Assembly: GCA_000091205.1 (NCBI GenBank)
Contig: AP006486.2
From: Cyanidioschyzon merolae
Taxonomy: Eukaryota
Length of the DNA stretch: 64,000 nucleotides
Direction: 5' to 3' (one strand)
Under the pieces are notes generated by a model. The model searched no databases, was not told where the DNA came from, and was given only the letters and a program-made list of their open reading frames with translations. Made by a program: the position numbers and the translations under genes. Positions 48,795 to 59,641 of the stretch are shown in pieces (position 1 is the first letter of the stretch; each line of letters begins with the position of its first letter).

Positions 48795-51340
48795 GAATGC
48801 CTTTTACAAGAAAAAACGTTGCTGCCGCAAGTGGTATAGTAGTGGCGACAAACGCACCGTAGACAAGGAGTCTTCAGCCGACGTGCAGACGCATCTCAGT
48901 CTTTCTCGACCGGCCACCCACTACTTCTTCCAACATTTTTTCATATAGTTCGAGTTTGAGAGGTTGTCCAACAAAATTCTATCTCGTCCACTCTGGAAGT
49001 CTATTCTCCAGCACCGCACGTCTCCTTATATTGATAGCGGCATTAATGTCTCGGTTCACAAACTCCATCCGTTTCTTGCCATCACTGGATGTACTTAATA
49101 ATGCGAGTAGTCCACGAACTTTCGCTCTCCTTTCCATTTGCTCCTCCGTCAACGGTCCGTGCTTTGCTATTTCCTCAGGGCTCCGCTAATACTTTTCCAT
49201 CTCGACCCTCTGAAGTGTACACCCCAGTTCATGGTGTGTATACGATGTTCGGAAGTCATCTACGGGTATCGTAACGAAACGCCGTGCGCACTCCTTGCAC
49301 GTTTTTGTCGTTGGAGCTGGTGTAATGCCTTTTTTCGACGCCCAGCGCCCTGCTCCATACGCTACTACGAGCCTCTGACTTTCATTCTCCCTCAGGGCGC
49401 TCAACTGATTGAAAAAGTTCGAGAACGCCCGCTGCTTCCCACAATACAAATTCATACGCAAACGAGCCCACCGGGGCTTGGTGGATTCTTTCCACAGGGC
49501 ATCCCAATGAGCAGCGCGAACTTCCATGAACTCCCGAAATGCTTCAAAGTCGGTTCCTCGGCTCGTCACCTCGCTCAAAGCTTCCAGGTGATCCCTCACT
49601 CCTGACTTCTAGGTCTCATTTTGTTTCCTCGCATTCATTATACCGGAATCCCGGTAGGATCTCGCTCTCGGGAACTTGAAAACTCGCATGTCTTTATGAC
49701 GTAAATTGTCGTCGACACTATCTTCCGCACGCTTGGGTACAGCGACGGTTATGATATTTGTGTTTCCGGGGTCCGCGCCAACGACAAAGCCGTTATCGTG
49801 CACTTTCTGTGTTGCACGATCCACCTCCTTCTTTTCTCGATGCTTCGCCGCGTCAACGACAAAGCCGTTATCGTGCACTTCGTGTGTCGCAGGATCCTCC
49901 TTCTTCGTACCTTCATCCTTCGCCACGGGCGGAGCTGGACGATCTGTCTTTAAGCGCCGATAGTGTACAGACATGGCTACTCCATCGTTTTCGATCATCC
50001 CAGTGAATACCTTTCGCTTGCTCACTTTCAGACGTTTGAAATCGACGAAATTCTTCTTCCAGTGCGTCTCCCGGCTTTCGCCGGAGAACTCCTCCCTGCT
50101 GACATTGAACTCCGGACTGATCTCCCTCATGATGCCGTAAAGGACGCCTGAATCGATAGTCACGAAATGTGACCTGATGTTGCACATTGGAACCACGTTG
50201 AAGCGCTTCCCCATTAGGAAAGCCTTCCGCCTCTCCCACTCTTCATTTGTCTCCTCATTCAGCTTCATTTCCGCCTTGCGTTCCAGCTCTCCGTCCAGCA
50301 ACACGAAATAGCGCAGGGCGAGGCGATAGTATCTTTCCTTATCTTTTTTCGACTCTGATAGCTTGTCTGTTGGACTCAGCAGCCCCAGTACCGCACGATG
50401 CTCTTCTACAACCGCACGGATGACAGAAGCTTCATTCGTGCTCTCGTTTGACGCCTTCTCTCCGACGAATTCGATCTCCTGTTCATGCTTGCGATCGTTC
50501 GTGACGCCATTGGTAATCGCCCATTTTCCTTTGCGAGCGATGCCAGGGTACAGCGCAAACACGGCGCGTATCATGAAGCGTTCGAGGTTCATAGTAAAAT
50601 GGTTCTTCAGGTTCCTGATGTACTTCATCGCTCCGTATGTGTAAATGCACCAGTCAATTTTGTATCGAGTACCGTCGAAGCTCTAAAAGGGATGTTTTTC
50701 GTGGAGGGCATGCACTAGCACATTTTCCCTCGGCGCTTCCGCTGTACCAAGCATCAGGTGTCGAATAAAGGTCTTATCGAGAAACCCGTCCGGAATCCCG
50801 ACCGTTTCCATCTGCGCCACGTCGCGATACATCTCCCTCGCCATATGCATCAGTCCTGAAGACGCCTTGACAATACTCTTGGAGTATGACGCAACACTGT
50901 TTTCGATAGCGTCTCGCAGCTTTTCCCTGTACGGATCCTTGATATTTTTAAGAAGACAGACTTTCACCACCTTCTTGTCGCACAGTCGTCTTTCGTGCCG
51001 CCTTCGACGCAGAGCGTCCCACTTTCAGTCCTTCTTCTCTTCCTTTTCTTCTGGACTTGGCACTGTTTTTCTGTTTTTTCTGGCAGCCCGCGACACTGGG
51101 CCTCCAGGATCATCGACTTGCTTTTCATAACTTCCTTTTTTTTGTTTTTTTTTGGAAAACAACGCTCCCTCCAACGCCTCTGATATAAACAGCGAGGAAA
51201 ACTTGAATAAACCAAACTGAGGGTTGAAATATAACTGAACTGAAAAGTACACTCTGCTATGACTTTAACGCAAATGCAACTTGTACTTGAGAGCAACACG
51301 CTCAAGATCGCGATCCCGTTTCCCTTCAACGACGACATGC
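48795..51340 (-). mobile_element. Fanzor/TnpB-bearing repeat element, copy 2 (5'-truncated), left arm of a head-to-head inverted pair
   Basis: Homologous to copies 1 and 3 from the 3' region through the nuclease ORF. Ends at the junction string gttgaagggaaacgggatcgcgatc..., lacking its own 5' region. Confidence 0.6.
48979..50628 (-). pseudogene. TnpB/Fanzor-like RuvC nuclease ORF (copy 2), interrupted
   Basis: Same motifs as the other copies; private frameshift/stop after ...ARKQNET plus the shared in-frame TAG before RuvC-III. Confidence 0.55.
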
Positions 51341-54300
51341 GCGTCGTATCTCATGCCTGCCAGATATGGAGGTGCGCGTATCGACCGCGATGCCCCCTGG
51401 CACTGTATGGGCCGAGGGGCCCACCATGCGCACCCGGTTCAGTCGGATATCCATGCAGACCCCAACGCACCGCAAGAACACTTGGATGAAATCGATGCAG
51501 ATTTGGCTGAAGCGACGGTTATGCGAAAACACGCTCGAATCGTTCCCCAGAAATGTAGAAGGCTCCTACCGCCTCAAGCGAACTGTTCGAACAACCATAT
51601 GGGAACGTAGACACGGAACCAGTCGCGCCAGTAACGCCCGCCTTGACTCTATACCGGAACTACAACCTAGCATACACATGCGAGTACTGGTGGGAGGCGC
51701 TGGAGTTCCCGGGACTTGCTCGCGGTATCCAGTGGCTCGCCAAAATCCGCGTTGGTGGTTGCTGACTACCAGCACCTGCGCTAAACCATATAGGAACACT
51801 GGAATCGCAGTGGGAATCACACTGTCCCTGCTGTGGAAACGATAAACCCGAGACGCTGACATATTTAGGCTTACAGTGCGCGCGCTGGAAGCAGGAGCGC
51901 AGCGAGCTCCTTGAAGGACGGCATCAGCCGGGTATCACCGTGATAGTCGAAGGCCGGACACTCACTTTGAGTGCAGCACTGGCAACTGATGGTCCGCTAA
52001 CGGAGCCTCAGCGCTCATTCGTGGCCAACAGACTCACGTGCTACCTTCCAAGCGGAAGGTCTAGCGAATCGGACGCGCACACGGGTTTAGTATGCTTTCT
52101 GCGCCTATCCACTGTGGTGAGCGTCAAGCACAAACCCGCATTGCCAACCGACAACAACGCGTTCCATGCATGATCACGAAGGAGAGAGACGACTCCCAGA
52201 ATATATCTTAACGGCCAAGTGTCTCCAGCGTGTCGTGCCGCGAAGGCAAGCTTGCATCCGCAGACCGTCCGAGCACAAACTGACGACGAGACCCGATTCT
52301 ACGTCGGGTGAAGCACCCCTCGAGCCGACGCCCTCTGTGGTATGGAAAAGCCGTTCTAGCTCGATAAACTCTCTGCCCCAGCGGTTCAAGCGCAAAGGCG
52401 GATATGGAACGGCAGGTATTAGGTACCCACGACAGGACGTATGAGACGATCAGTATCTCCAAGAAGAAGTATAGGTAATGTAACTTGGAGGGAGGGGGCT
52501 TTATGGATATATTACCGCGCGCTGAAGTAAAACGCAAAACAAAAGAGAACGAAAAGAAAAAGCGCACAATAGGAGAATGCTGGCCCAAGTAAACGTCTTA
52601 TCAATAGAAAAATTGCCGTCGTTGAAGGGAAACGGGATCGCGATCTTGAGCGTGTTGCTCTCAAGTACAAGTTGCATTTGCGTTAAAGTCATAGCAGAGT
52701 GTACTTTTCAGTTCAGTTATATTTCAACCCTCAGTTTGGTTTATTCAAGTTTTCCTCGCTGTTTATATCAGAGGCGTTGGAGGGAGCGTTGTTTTCCAAA
52801 AAAAACAAAAAAAAGGAAGTTATGAAAAGCAAGTCGATGATCCTGGAGGCCCAGTGTCGCGGGCTGCCAGAAAAAACAGAAAAACAGTGCCAAGTCCAGA
52901 AGAAAAGGAAGAGAAGAAGGACTGAAAGTGGGACGCTCTGCGTCGAAGGCGGCACGAAAGACGACTGTGCGACAAGAAGGTCGTCAAAGTCTGTCTTCTT
53001 AAACATATCAAGGATCCGTACAGGGAAAAGCTGCGAGACGCTATCGAAAACAGTGTTGCGTCATACTCCAAGAGTATTGTCAAGGCGTCTTCAGGACTGA
53101 TGCATATGGCGAGGGAGATGTATCGCGACGTGGCGCAGATGGAAACGGTCGGGATTCCGGACGGGTTTCTCGATAAGACCTTTATTCGACACCTGATGCT
53201 TGGTACAGCGGAAGCGCCGAGGGAAAATGTGCTAGTGCATGCCCTCCACGAAAAACATCCCTTTTAGAGCTTCGACGGTACTCGATACAAAATTGACTGG
53301 TGCATTTACACATACGGAGCGATGAAGTACATCAGGAACCTGAAGAACCATTTTACTATGAACCTCGAACGCTTCATGATACGCGCCGTGTTTGCGCTGT
53401 ACCCTGGCATCGCTCGCAAAGGAAAATGGGCGATTACCAATGGCGTCACGAACGATCGCAAGCATGAACAGGAGATCGAATTCGTCGGAGAGAAGGCGTC
53501 AAACGAGAGCACGAATGAAGCTTCTGTCATCCGTGCGGTTGTAGAAGAGCACCGTGCGGCACTGGGGCTGCTGAGTCCAACAGACAAGATATCAGAGTCG
53601 AAAAAAGATAAGGAAAGATACTATCGCCTCGCCCTGCGCTATTTCGTGTTTCTGGACGGAGAGCTGGAACGCAAGGCGGAAATGAAGCTGAATGAGGAGA
53701 CAAATGAGGAGTGGGAGAGGCGGAAGGCTTTCCTAATGGGGAAGCGCTTCAACGTGGTTCCAATGTGCAACATCAGGTCACATTTCGTGACTATCGATTC
53801 AGGCGTCCTTTACGGCATCATGAGGGAGATCAGTCCCGAGTTCCATGTCAGCAGGGAGGAGTTCTCCGGCGAAAACCGGGAGACGTACTGGAAGAAGAAT
53901 TTCGTCGATTTCAAACGTCTGAAAGTGAGCAAGCGAAAGGTATTCACTGGGATGATCGAAAGCGATGGAGTAGCCATGTCTGTATAGTATCGGCGCTTGA
54001 AGACAGATCGTCCAGCTCCGCCCGTGGCGAAGGATGAAGGTACGAAGAAGGAGGATCCTGCGACACACGAAGTGCACGATAACGGCTTTGTCGTTGACGC
54101 GGCGAAGCATCGAGAAAAGAAGGAGGTGGATCGTGCAACACAGAAAGTGCACGATAACGGCTTTGTCGTTGGCGCGGACCCCGGAAACACAAATATCATA
54201 ACCGTCGCTGTACCCAAGCGTGCGGAAGATAGTGTCGACGACAATTTACGTCATAAAGACAAGCGTCTGCTGATGTTGTCAAGAGCTAGATATTACCGGG

Positions 54301-55165
54301 AATCCGGTATAATGAATGCGAGGAAGAAAATCGTTTCATGGAATTCAGGAATGAAAGATCACCTGGAAGCTTCGAGCGAGGTTACGAGCCGAGGAGCCGA
54401 CTTTGAAGCATTTCGGGAGTTCATGGAGGCTCGCGCTGCTCATTGGGATGCCCTGTGGAAAGAATCCACCAAGCCCCGGTGGGCTCGTTTGCGTATGAAT
54501 TTCTGTTGTGGGAAGCAGCGGGCGTTTTCGAACTTTTTCAATCAGTTGAGCGCCCGGAGGGAGAATGAAAGTCAGAGGCTCGTAGTAGCATACGGAGCAG
54601 GGCGCTGGAAGACCCAAAAGGGACTATGCCAGCTCCAACGACAAAAACGTGCAAGGAGTGCGCACGGCGTTTCGTTACGATGCCCGTAGATGACTTCCGA
54701 ACATCGTATACACACCATGGACTGGGGTGTACACTCCAGAGGGTCCAGATGGAAAAGTATTAGCGGAGCCCTGAGGAAATAGCAAAGCACGGACCTTTGA
54801 CGGAAGAGCAAATGGAAAGGAGAGCGAAAGTTCGTGGACTACTCGCATTATTAAGTACATCCAGTGATGGCAAGAAACGGATGGAGTTTGTGAACCGAGA
54901 CATTAATGCCGCTATCAATATAAGGAGACGTGCGGTGCTGGAGAATAGACTTCCAGAGTGGACGAGATAGAATTTTGTTGGACAACCTCTCAAACTCGAA
55001 CTATATGAAAAAATGTTGGAAGAAGTAGTGGGTGGCCGGTCGAGAAAGACTGAGATGCGTCTGCACGTCGGCTGAAGACTCCTTGTCTACGGTGCGTTTG
55101 TCGCCACTACTATACCACTTGCGGCAGCAACGTTTTTCTTTCGAAAGGCGTTCGCTAGCAGCCTT
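51341..55165 (+). mobile_element. Fanzor/TnpB-bearing repeat element, copy 3 (with 5' region), right arm of the inverted pair
   Basis: The 5' region 51535-52625 matches copy 1 27870-29025 in inverted orientation. The body 52625-55165 is the inverted duplicate of 48795-51340. Confidence 0.6.
53322..54969 (+). pseudogene. TnpB/Fanzor-like RuvC nuclease ORF (copy 3; most contiguous), interrupted by in-frame stops
   Basis: ...[16 protein letters not shown] (RuvC-I) ... [18 protein letters not shown] ... RLVVAYGAGRW ... C-x2-C zinc finger ... EKY-TAG-RSPEEIAKHGPLTEEQMERRAKVRGLLALLSTSSDGKKRMEFVNRDINAAINIRRRAVLENRLPEWTR (RuvC-III). A private TAG sits at 53988. An in-frame 95 aa N-terminal extension (about 52980-53270) is separated from the main ORF by a single TAG. 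Confidence 0.6.
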
Positions 55166-55189
55166 CGATGATGCGTTCTTCGGGAACAG

Positions 55190-55870
55190 CTGCGTTTTTT
55201 TTTCTGATGAAAAAATGGTTAGATTCACTATGGATCCCAGAATTCGGAATGGATAATGGCTTTCGGGAAAGCGTCCACGATGAAGCGCCTACCTTCAAGT
55301 TCTATCACGCATACTTCCTCTCGGATATACTGGTCGTTTCGTATATTCTATCGTGCGCCGAGCCTGCCGTGAACACCCGCCGTAGCGCTTATACCACTGA
55401 AGCAGATGCCACACGGAGACAGAACGGCTTTGCCATACCACTGAAGGCATCGACTCGAGGCGTGGTTCCTCCGACGTGGGGTCGGAGTACATAATATATC
55501 TGGGAGCCTGTAAGCTGCGCAGACAGACGCACTGCCTGTGGCAGCGCGGAGCGATCTACAAGGAGTCCACTGTGACCACGGAGACGCCCAGACGCAGCAT
55601 CCTGCTCCAAGTCCCCGAATGAAATGCGTTGCGGACGAGTTGTGCAGGTATCGCCACAAAACCTGCCATTGGAGGAAGCATGAAGCACTAGCTAGCCCCG
55701 AAGACTCGTCCGGCTCGCGGGACCTTCCGCCTAGAAGGTAAAGTTTCGAAGATGCGGAAACTTTCCCCCTTTTCCATGAGTCATATCAAGGTCGAAAGAA
55801 ACTGTTATCGAGTTGCTAGTCAGTTGTTAGTTTCTGTTCTTTCGTCTCTAGGAGAAAGCTCGCTGCTCAC
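55190..55870 (+). repeat. about 680 bp dispersed repeat (family R), copy adjacent to element copy 3
   Basis: About 80% identical, in direct orientation, to 61320-61990. Core 55309-55740 is related to the element 5' region and ends with the hairpin gaccttccgcctagaaggta. Confidence 0.6.
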
Positions 55871-56251
55871 GGTCGGGCACAACTCGAGGGCCCACCAGTT
55901 CGAAAACTGGCTATTGCTGCTGCTGCCCCTATGCAACGCGCTGGAGTGCGCTCGCTCTACAACCTCCTGTCCGCGCCCTTGGCCAAAACTGACCACCTGT
56001 GATCAACGCGCGATCGCAGCGTTGTGTGGTTGCGTCGCTTCGCGAGGAAGCGCGCAGGCCCACGACCCGTGTGCGGATGACGCCGACATTGAGATCGCGC
56101 TCGCGATGGCGATCGCAAACAGACTTCAGGGCTCGCCGTTGTGCTCGCGACTCTGTTTCGTGAACAAAGCCTGCGCACTTAGCACGCTCATTTTATATCG
56201 ATTCATTTAGGAGCGCCAGCAGTGATCTAGAAGGAGAATAGAAGCGCTACA

Positions 56252-57328
56252 ATGTTGAGGTGCGACTTTTGTGAGACGACGGAGACGCCATTATGGCGCG
56301 CGGGCCCTCGCGGACCCAAGACTCTGTGTAACGCCTGTGGCGTGAAGTGGAAAAAGGGGAAGCTTGATGGCTTCGGTCCCGGTGCCTGTAATGTGCCCAG
56401 AACGCACACGGGAAAGAGGCATCCGCGAGCGGTATATGGAAGACCTCGTCGAGCAGGTGCCGTCGCGGATGCGCTGGAACTGCCTTCCCCGGAACGCAGC
56501 CTCAGCAAGTTCCGGGGAAGCGTCCGTCCGGGTTGGTATGTGCCGTCCGAACTCGAGTACTCTGGCAGAATTCAACACCCGAGGCGGAGTAGCTCGCCGC
56601 CTGAAACACGCTGTGCGTACGTTGACGTTGATCGTGAGGACTCAGCACCGGTCGTGCGAGAGCAGTTTGCGCCCTCTGTTTTCGCACCCAGTATTCCTTG
56701 TCGCGGAGAGAGCGCGCCTCTTAATATTGTGCGAAAGGATGCAGGTCGTGGTCCCGGAACACAACATACAACGTTACCGGCGGACCACTTGATTCGTGAG
56801 TCGCTGTTCGTTCGCGTCGATAGTGAACGGGCGTTGGCGTCGGACCCCATTGGGTATCCAGCGGCGATACCGTCCTGGGATGACGTCTCCATTGAATCGC
56901 TCTCCGAGGATGGTGACGGTGCCGACAACTACCATGACTTGGAGCTGAACCTGCCCGAACAAATGCCTCTGCCCGACGCTGCGCATACAAGTACGCACGT
57001 CCTCGGAGGTGAGCATGACTGGCGTCACGCCCAAGGCGCTGCATCTGGGGAAACTGCCTTGCCACTGCCACTGCCGCTGGCACCCGCGAAAGGCTCACTA
57101 ACGAAAACCATGGAACGTGAGCCTGTGGATGCTGCTACCAAAGGTGTCCGTCTGCTCCTAGATGCAGCGCGGTACGTGGAGTACGCGAGCAGCCCGCTCT
57201 CGTCGCAGTGGTCACCCCTGAGATCGGCATCGTCCAGCGCTCCGCCGTATCACCAGGCTGGTACCTCGTCCCCGAACCGTCTCACACCATCCTATCTAAC
57301 ACCAATGGTGCTGGAGAAGGACTGGTAA
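56252..57328 (+). CDS. GATA-type zinc-finger protein
   Basis: N-terminal CDFCETTETPLWRAGPRGPKTLCNACGVKWKKG is a C-x2-C-x17-C-x2-C GATA finger with the TPLWR and LCNACG hallmarks; the rest is low-complexity. Confidence 0.55.
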   Translation: MLRCDFCETTETPLWRAGPRGPKTLCNACGVKWKKGKLDGFGPGACNVPRTHTGKRHPRAVYGRPRRAGAVADALELPSPERSLSKFRGSVRPGWYVPSELEYSGRIQHPRRSSSPPETRCAYVDVDREDSAPVVREQFAPSVFAPSIPCRGESAPLNIVRKDAGRGPGTQHTTLPADHLIRESLFVRVDSERALASDPIGYPAAIPSWDDVSIESLSEDGDGADNYHDLELNLPEQMPLPDAAHTSTHVLGGEHDWRHAQGAASGETALPLPLPLAPAKGSLTKTMEREPVDAATKGVRLLLDAARYVEYASSPLSSQWSPLRSASSSAPPYHQAGTSSPNRLTPSYLTPMVLEKDW

Positions 57329-59641
57329 CGCATGTGAGTGGGTATTCGCCTGCCCCGCCGAGCGGATCATTGTCCATGGACGAGGCGTTCGGCGTACGTC
57401 ATCAGATGTGCAGCGTTTAACGCGAACGACGAGAGCACCTCCCGCGCTTCCGCGAAGGGAAGCATTGTCCACGGACAAGGCGTGTGCGGATGCGTCATCA
57501 GTTATGCAGCGCTTTACGGCAACGGTGCGAGCACGTCGCACCCGAGTCCCGTAGGTGCGCCTGTGTCGTGTGCGTTTACGAATGCGCATCCGTGACATTC
57601 GTGTCCCGCGTTACCGTCAGACACGCACACACGAAGCGTGTTGCCACTGAGCTGCCGTGCAATAGCGGCACGCTCTTCTAATCTCTAATCCTTAACCTTT
57701 TGAAACAACTGAAACTTTCAACCTCATTTCTATTTTACCCACACACGGTCTCCTGACATGAACTACAAATGTGATGTGGTCAAAAGAAGACGCATTCAGT
57801 CAGAAATATCGCTGATATGCGAGCGCCGACTTGGTACTAGTGCCGACGCTGTGCGTACCTCGACAGTGGACAGGCAGGGAGGCACACGGAGGTCATGTTG
57901 AACACAAATGCCGTGGCGGTATGGTGTTCGACTCCTGCCACCCGCTGGTCTCTTATCGAGGCCGCACTGATGCTGCTTGCCTGTTCGCGTCGTCGGTGCG
58001 TGCGCCGAGCGGCGGCAAAGCCTGTGCTTCGTATGTAACTTAGATTGAACGCATACCCGCAGATATCAAGTATGCTAACTCGTTTAACAGTAAAACTCAC
58101 CGAGTGTCTCTTGAACGAGTGCTGTTCTGTTCATCGCGCTGCGCATGGACTTGTTCTGGGAACGCTGCGTACCGCTCTTGACCACAGACATGCGGCTGTA
58201 TGGTGCGATACGCAGCGGACATCATCGCAGAGACAGTGTCCTAGATATTGGTAAAAGACAGTGATCACATCGGAGGCAGCTTCTAGTATCGCAGCGCAAG
58301 GGCGATGATCGCAGCGGGGGCGCATCCCGCAGGGCAGCACGAAGTTTGACCGAGAAACTGCTGGTGTGTGACTAGCCTCTCTCCGCATACACTCCAGGCC
58401 ATTAAGCAACGGGTCACGAACACCTGCAAAAACGATCGATTTTAGAGCTGTGCTTGAAGGCCATCGCCCCAGGCCCTGGACACGACTACTCGCAGAACTG
58501 CATAACCGGGACCGAAGAGAACCTGCTCCAGCATAATGTTCGGGTCATCGGTGTTTGTTGACAAGTCGGCGGTGGCTCGAGCTGCTCCATCAGTCCGTTC
58601 AGGAAGCTTCGCTCGCGACGTGTGTCCCGGGAAGCGATCGAACAGCCCTTCATTACAGAACGTTCACTTCCAGGCTTCCAAACTCGATATCGCGGTGGCA
58701 AGAGTGATCAGTGATGTACGTTCCACTGGCGCCGTTCTTGCCCCGTTGGCGCTACCAGCGACACACGAAAAACCACCTGTGGCGTTCTGCAGCAACGCCT
58801 GCTGTATCGGAAGTGCATGGCTTTAAACGAACGCGAAGCGTTACCAGGTGAGGTTTCATTGCAGCTCACGGGCTCGATGTTCTCGAGCAGCCTCGAGCCG
58901 TACGAGCGATCGCGACGAGCAGTCAAAACGAGACTGTGTTGCCTGGCTGCGAGGGGCGGCGTTCGTTCGGATTCCCTCGTTCAAAACACTACTGAACGCG
59001 ACTCTGCGTTTACCATCGGACGAAATCGCAGGCATTCGTTGAAGTTTATAAGAATGCTCGATGGGAGCGCATACTCCTGCTCTATTGCCAAGGTGTTCAT
59101 TGCCCAAGGCGATGGATGCTTTCTTCGCGAGCGCCAACGTCCACAACGAATGCACGTGCGTTTGTTGCGCATCGCCCGAAGCGTAGGTTGTCCCACACGC
59201 GGCTGCAGTTCGCAACAAAAATCGCCACAGACCCCTGTCGAACGTCTGTCAGAGAGATGGACTGGAAGCGCCGGCAAAGGCCAGCAGCAATCCCGCATCC
59301 GAACGAGACCTGCTAGCTTCATGAGTCTTAGATCAGGAGTCACCACGACGACTTCGGGCAGCGTGACCGCGCTATCCAAGCTTGCCGATGCGTCATCGCG
59401 TCAAAAGTGAGCGTCTTTGCTGCACACGATGCTCATGGCTTATGTCTGCAACACATTCGATTAGGACAGCTTCGCAAGCACCAGCTACGCACATCACCAC
59501 CGCATAACTGCAGTACAATAGGCAGCGAATCGCATGCCAGGCCGCTTATCGACCCAGCTATGCTTCTGTCTACTGCAGAGGCCATGGATCAGAACTCGCT
59601 GGAGTCTGGGCAGCGCCTTTGCTGGTGACTGCACCATGCCA

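Noticed and set aside
54745-54790. Short GT-AG intron bridging the zinc-finger and RuvC-III segments of the nuclease.
   Set aside because: The candidate gtattag...aaatag is 26 nt. No GT..AG interval of length divisible by 3 would keep RuvC-III in frame. The downstream segment is already in frame with a single TAG.
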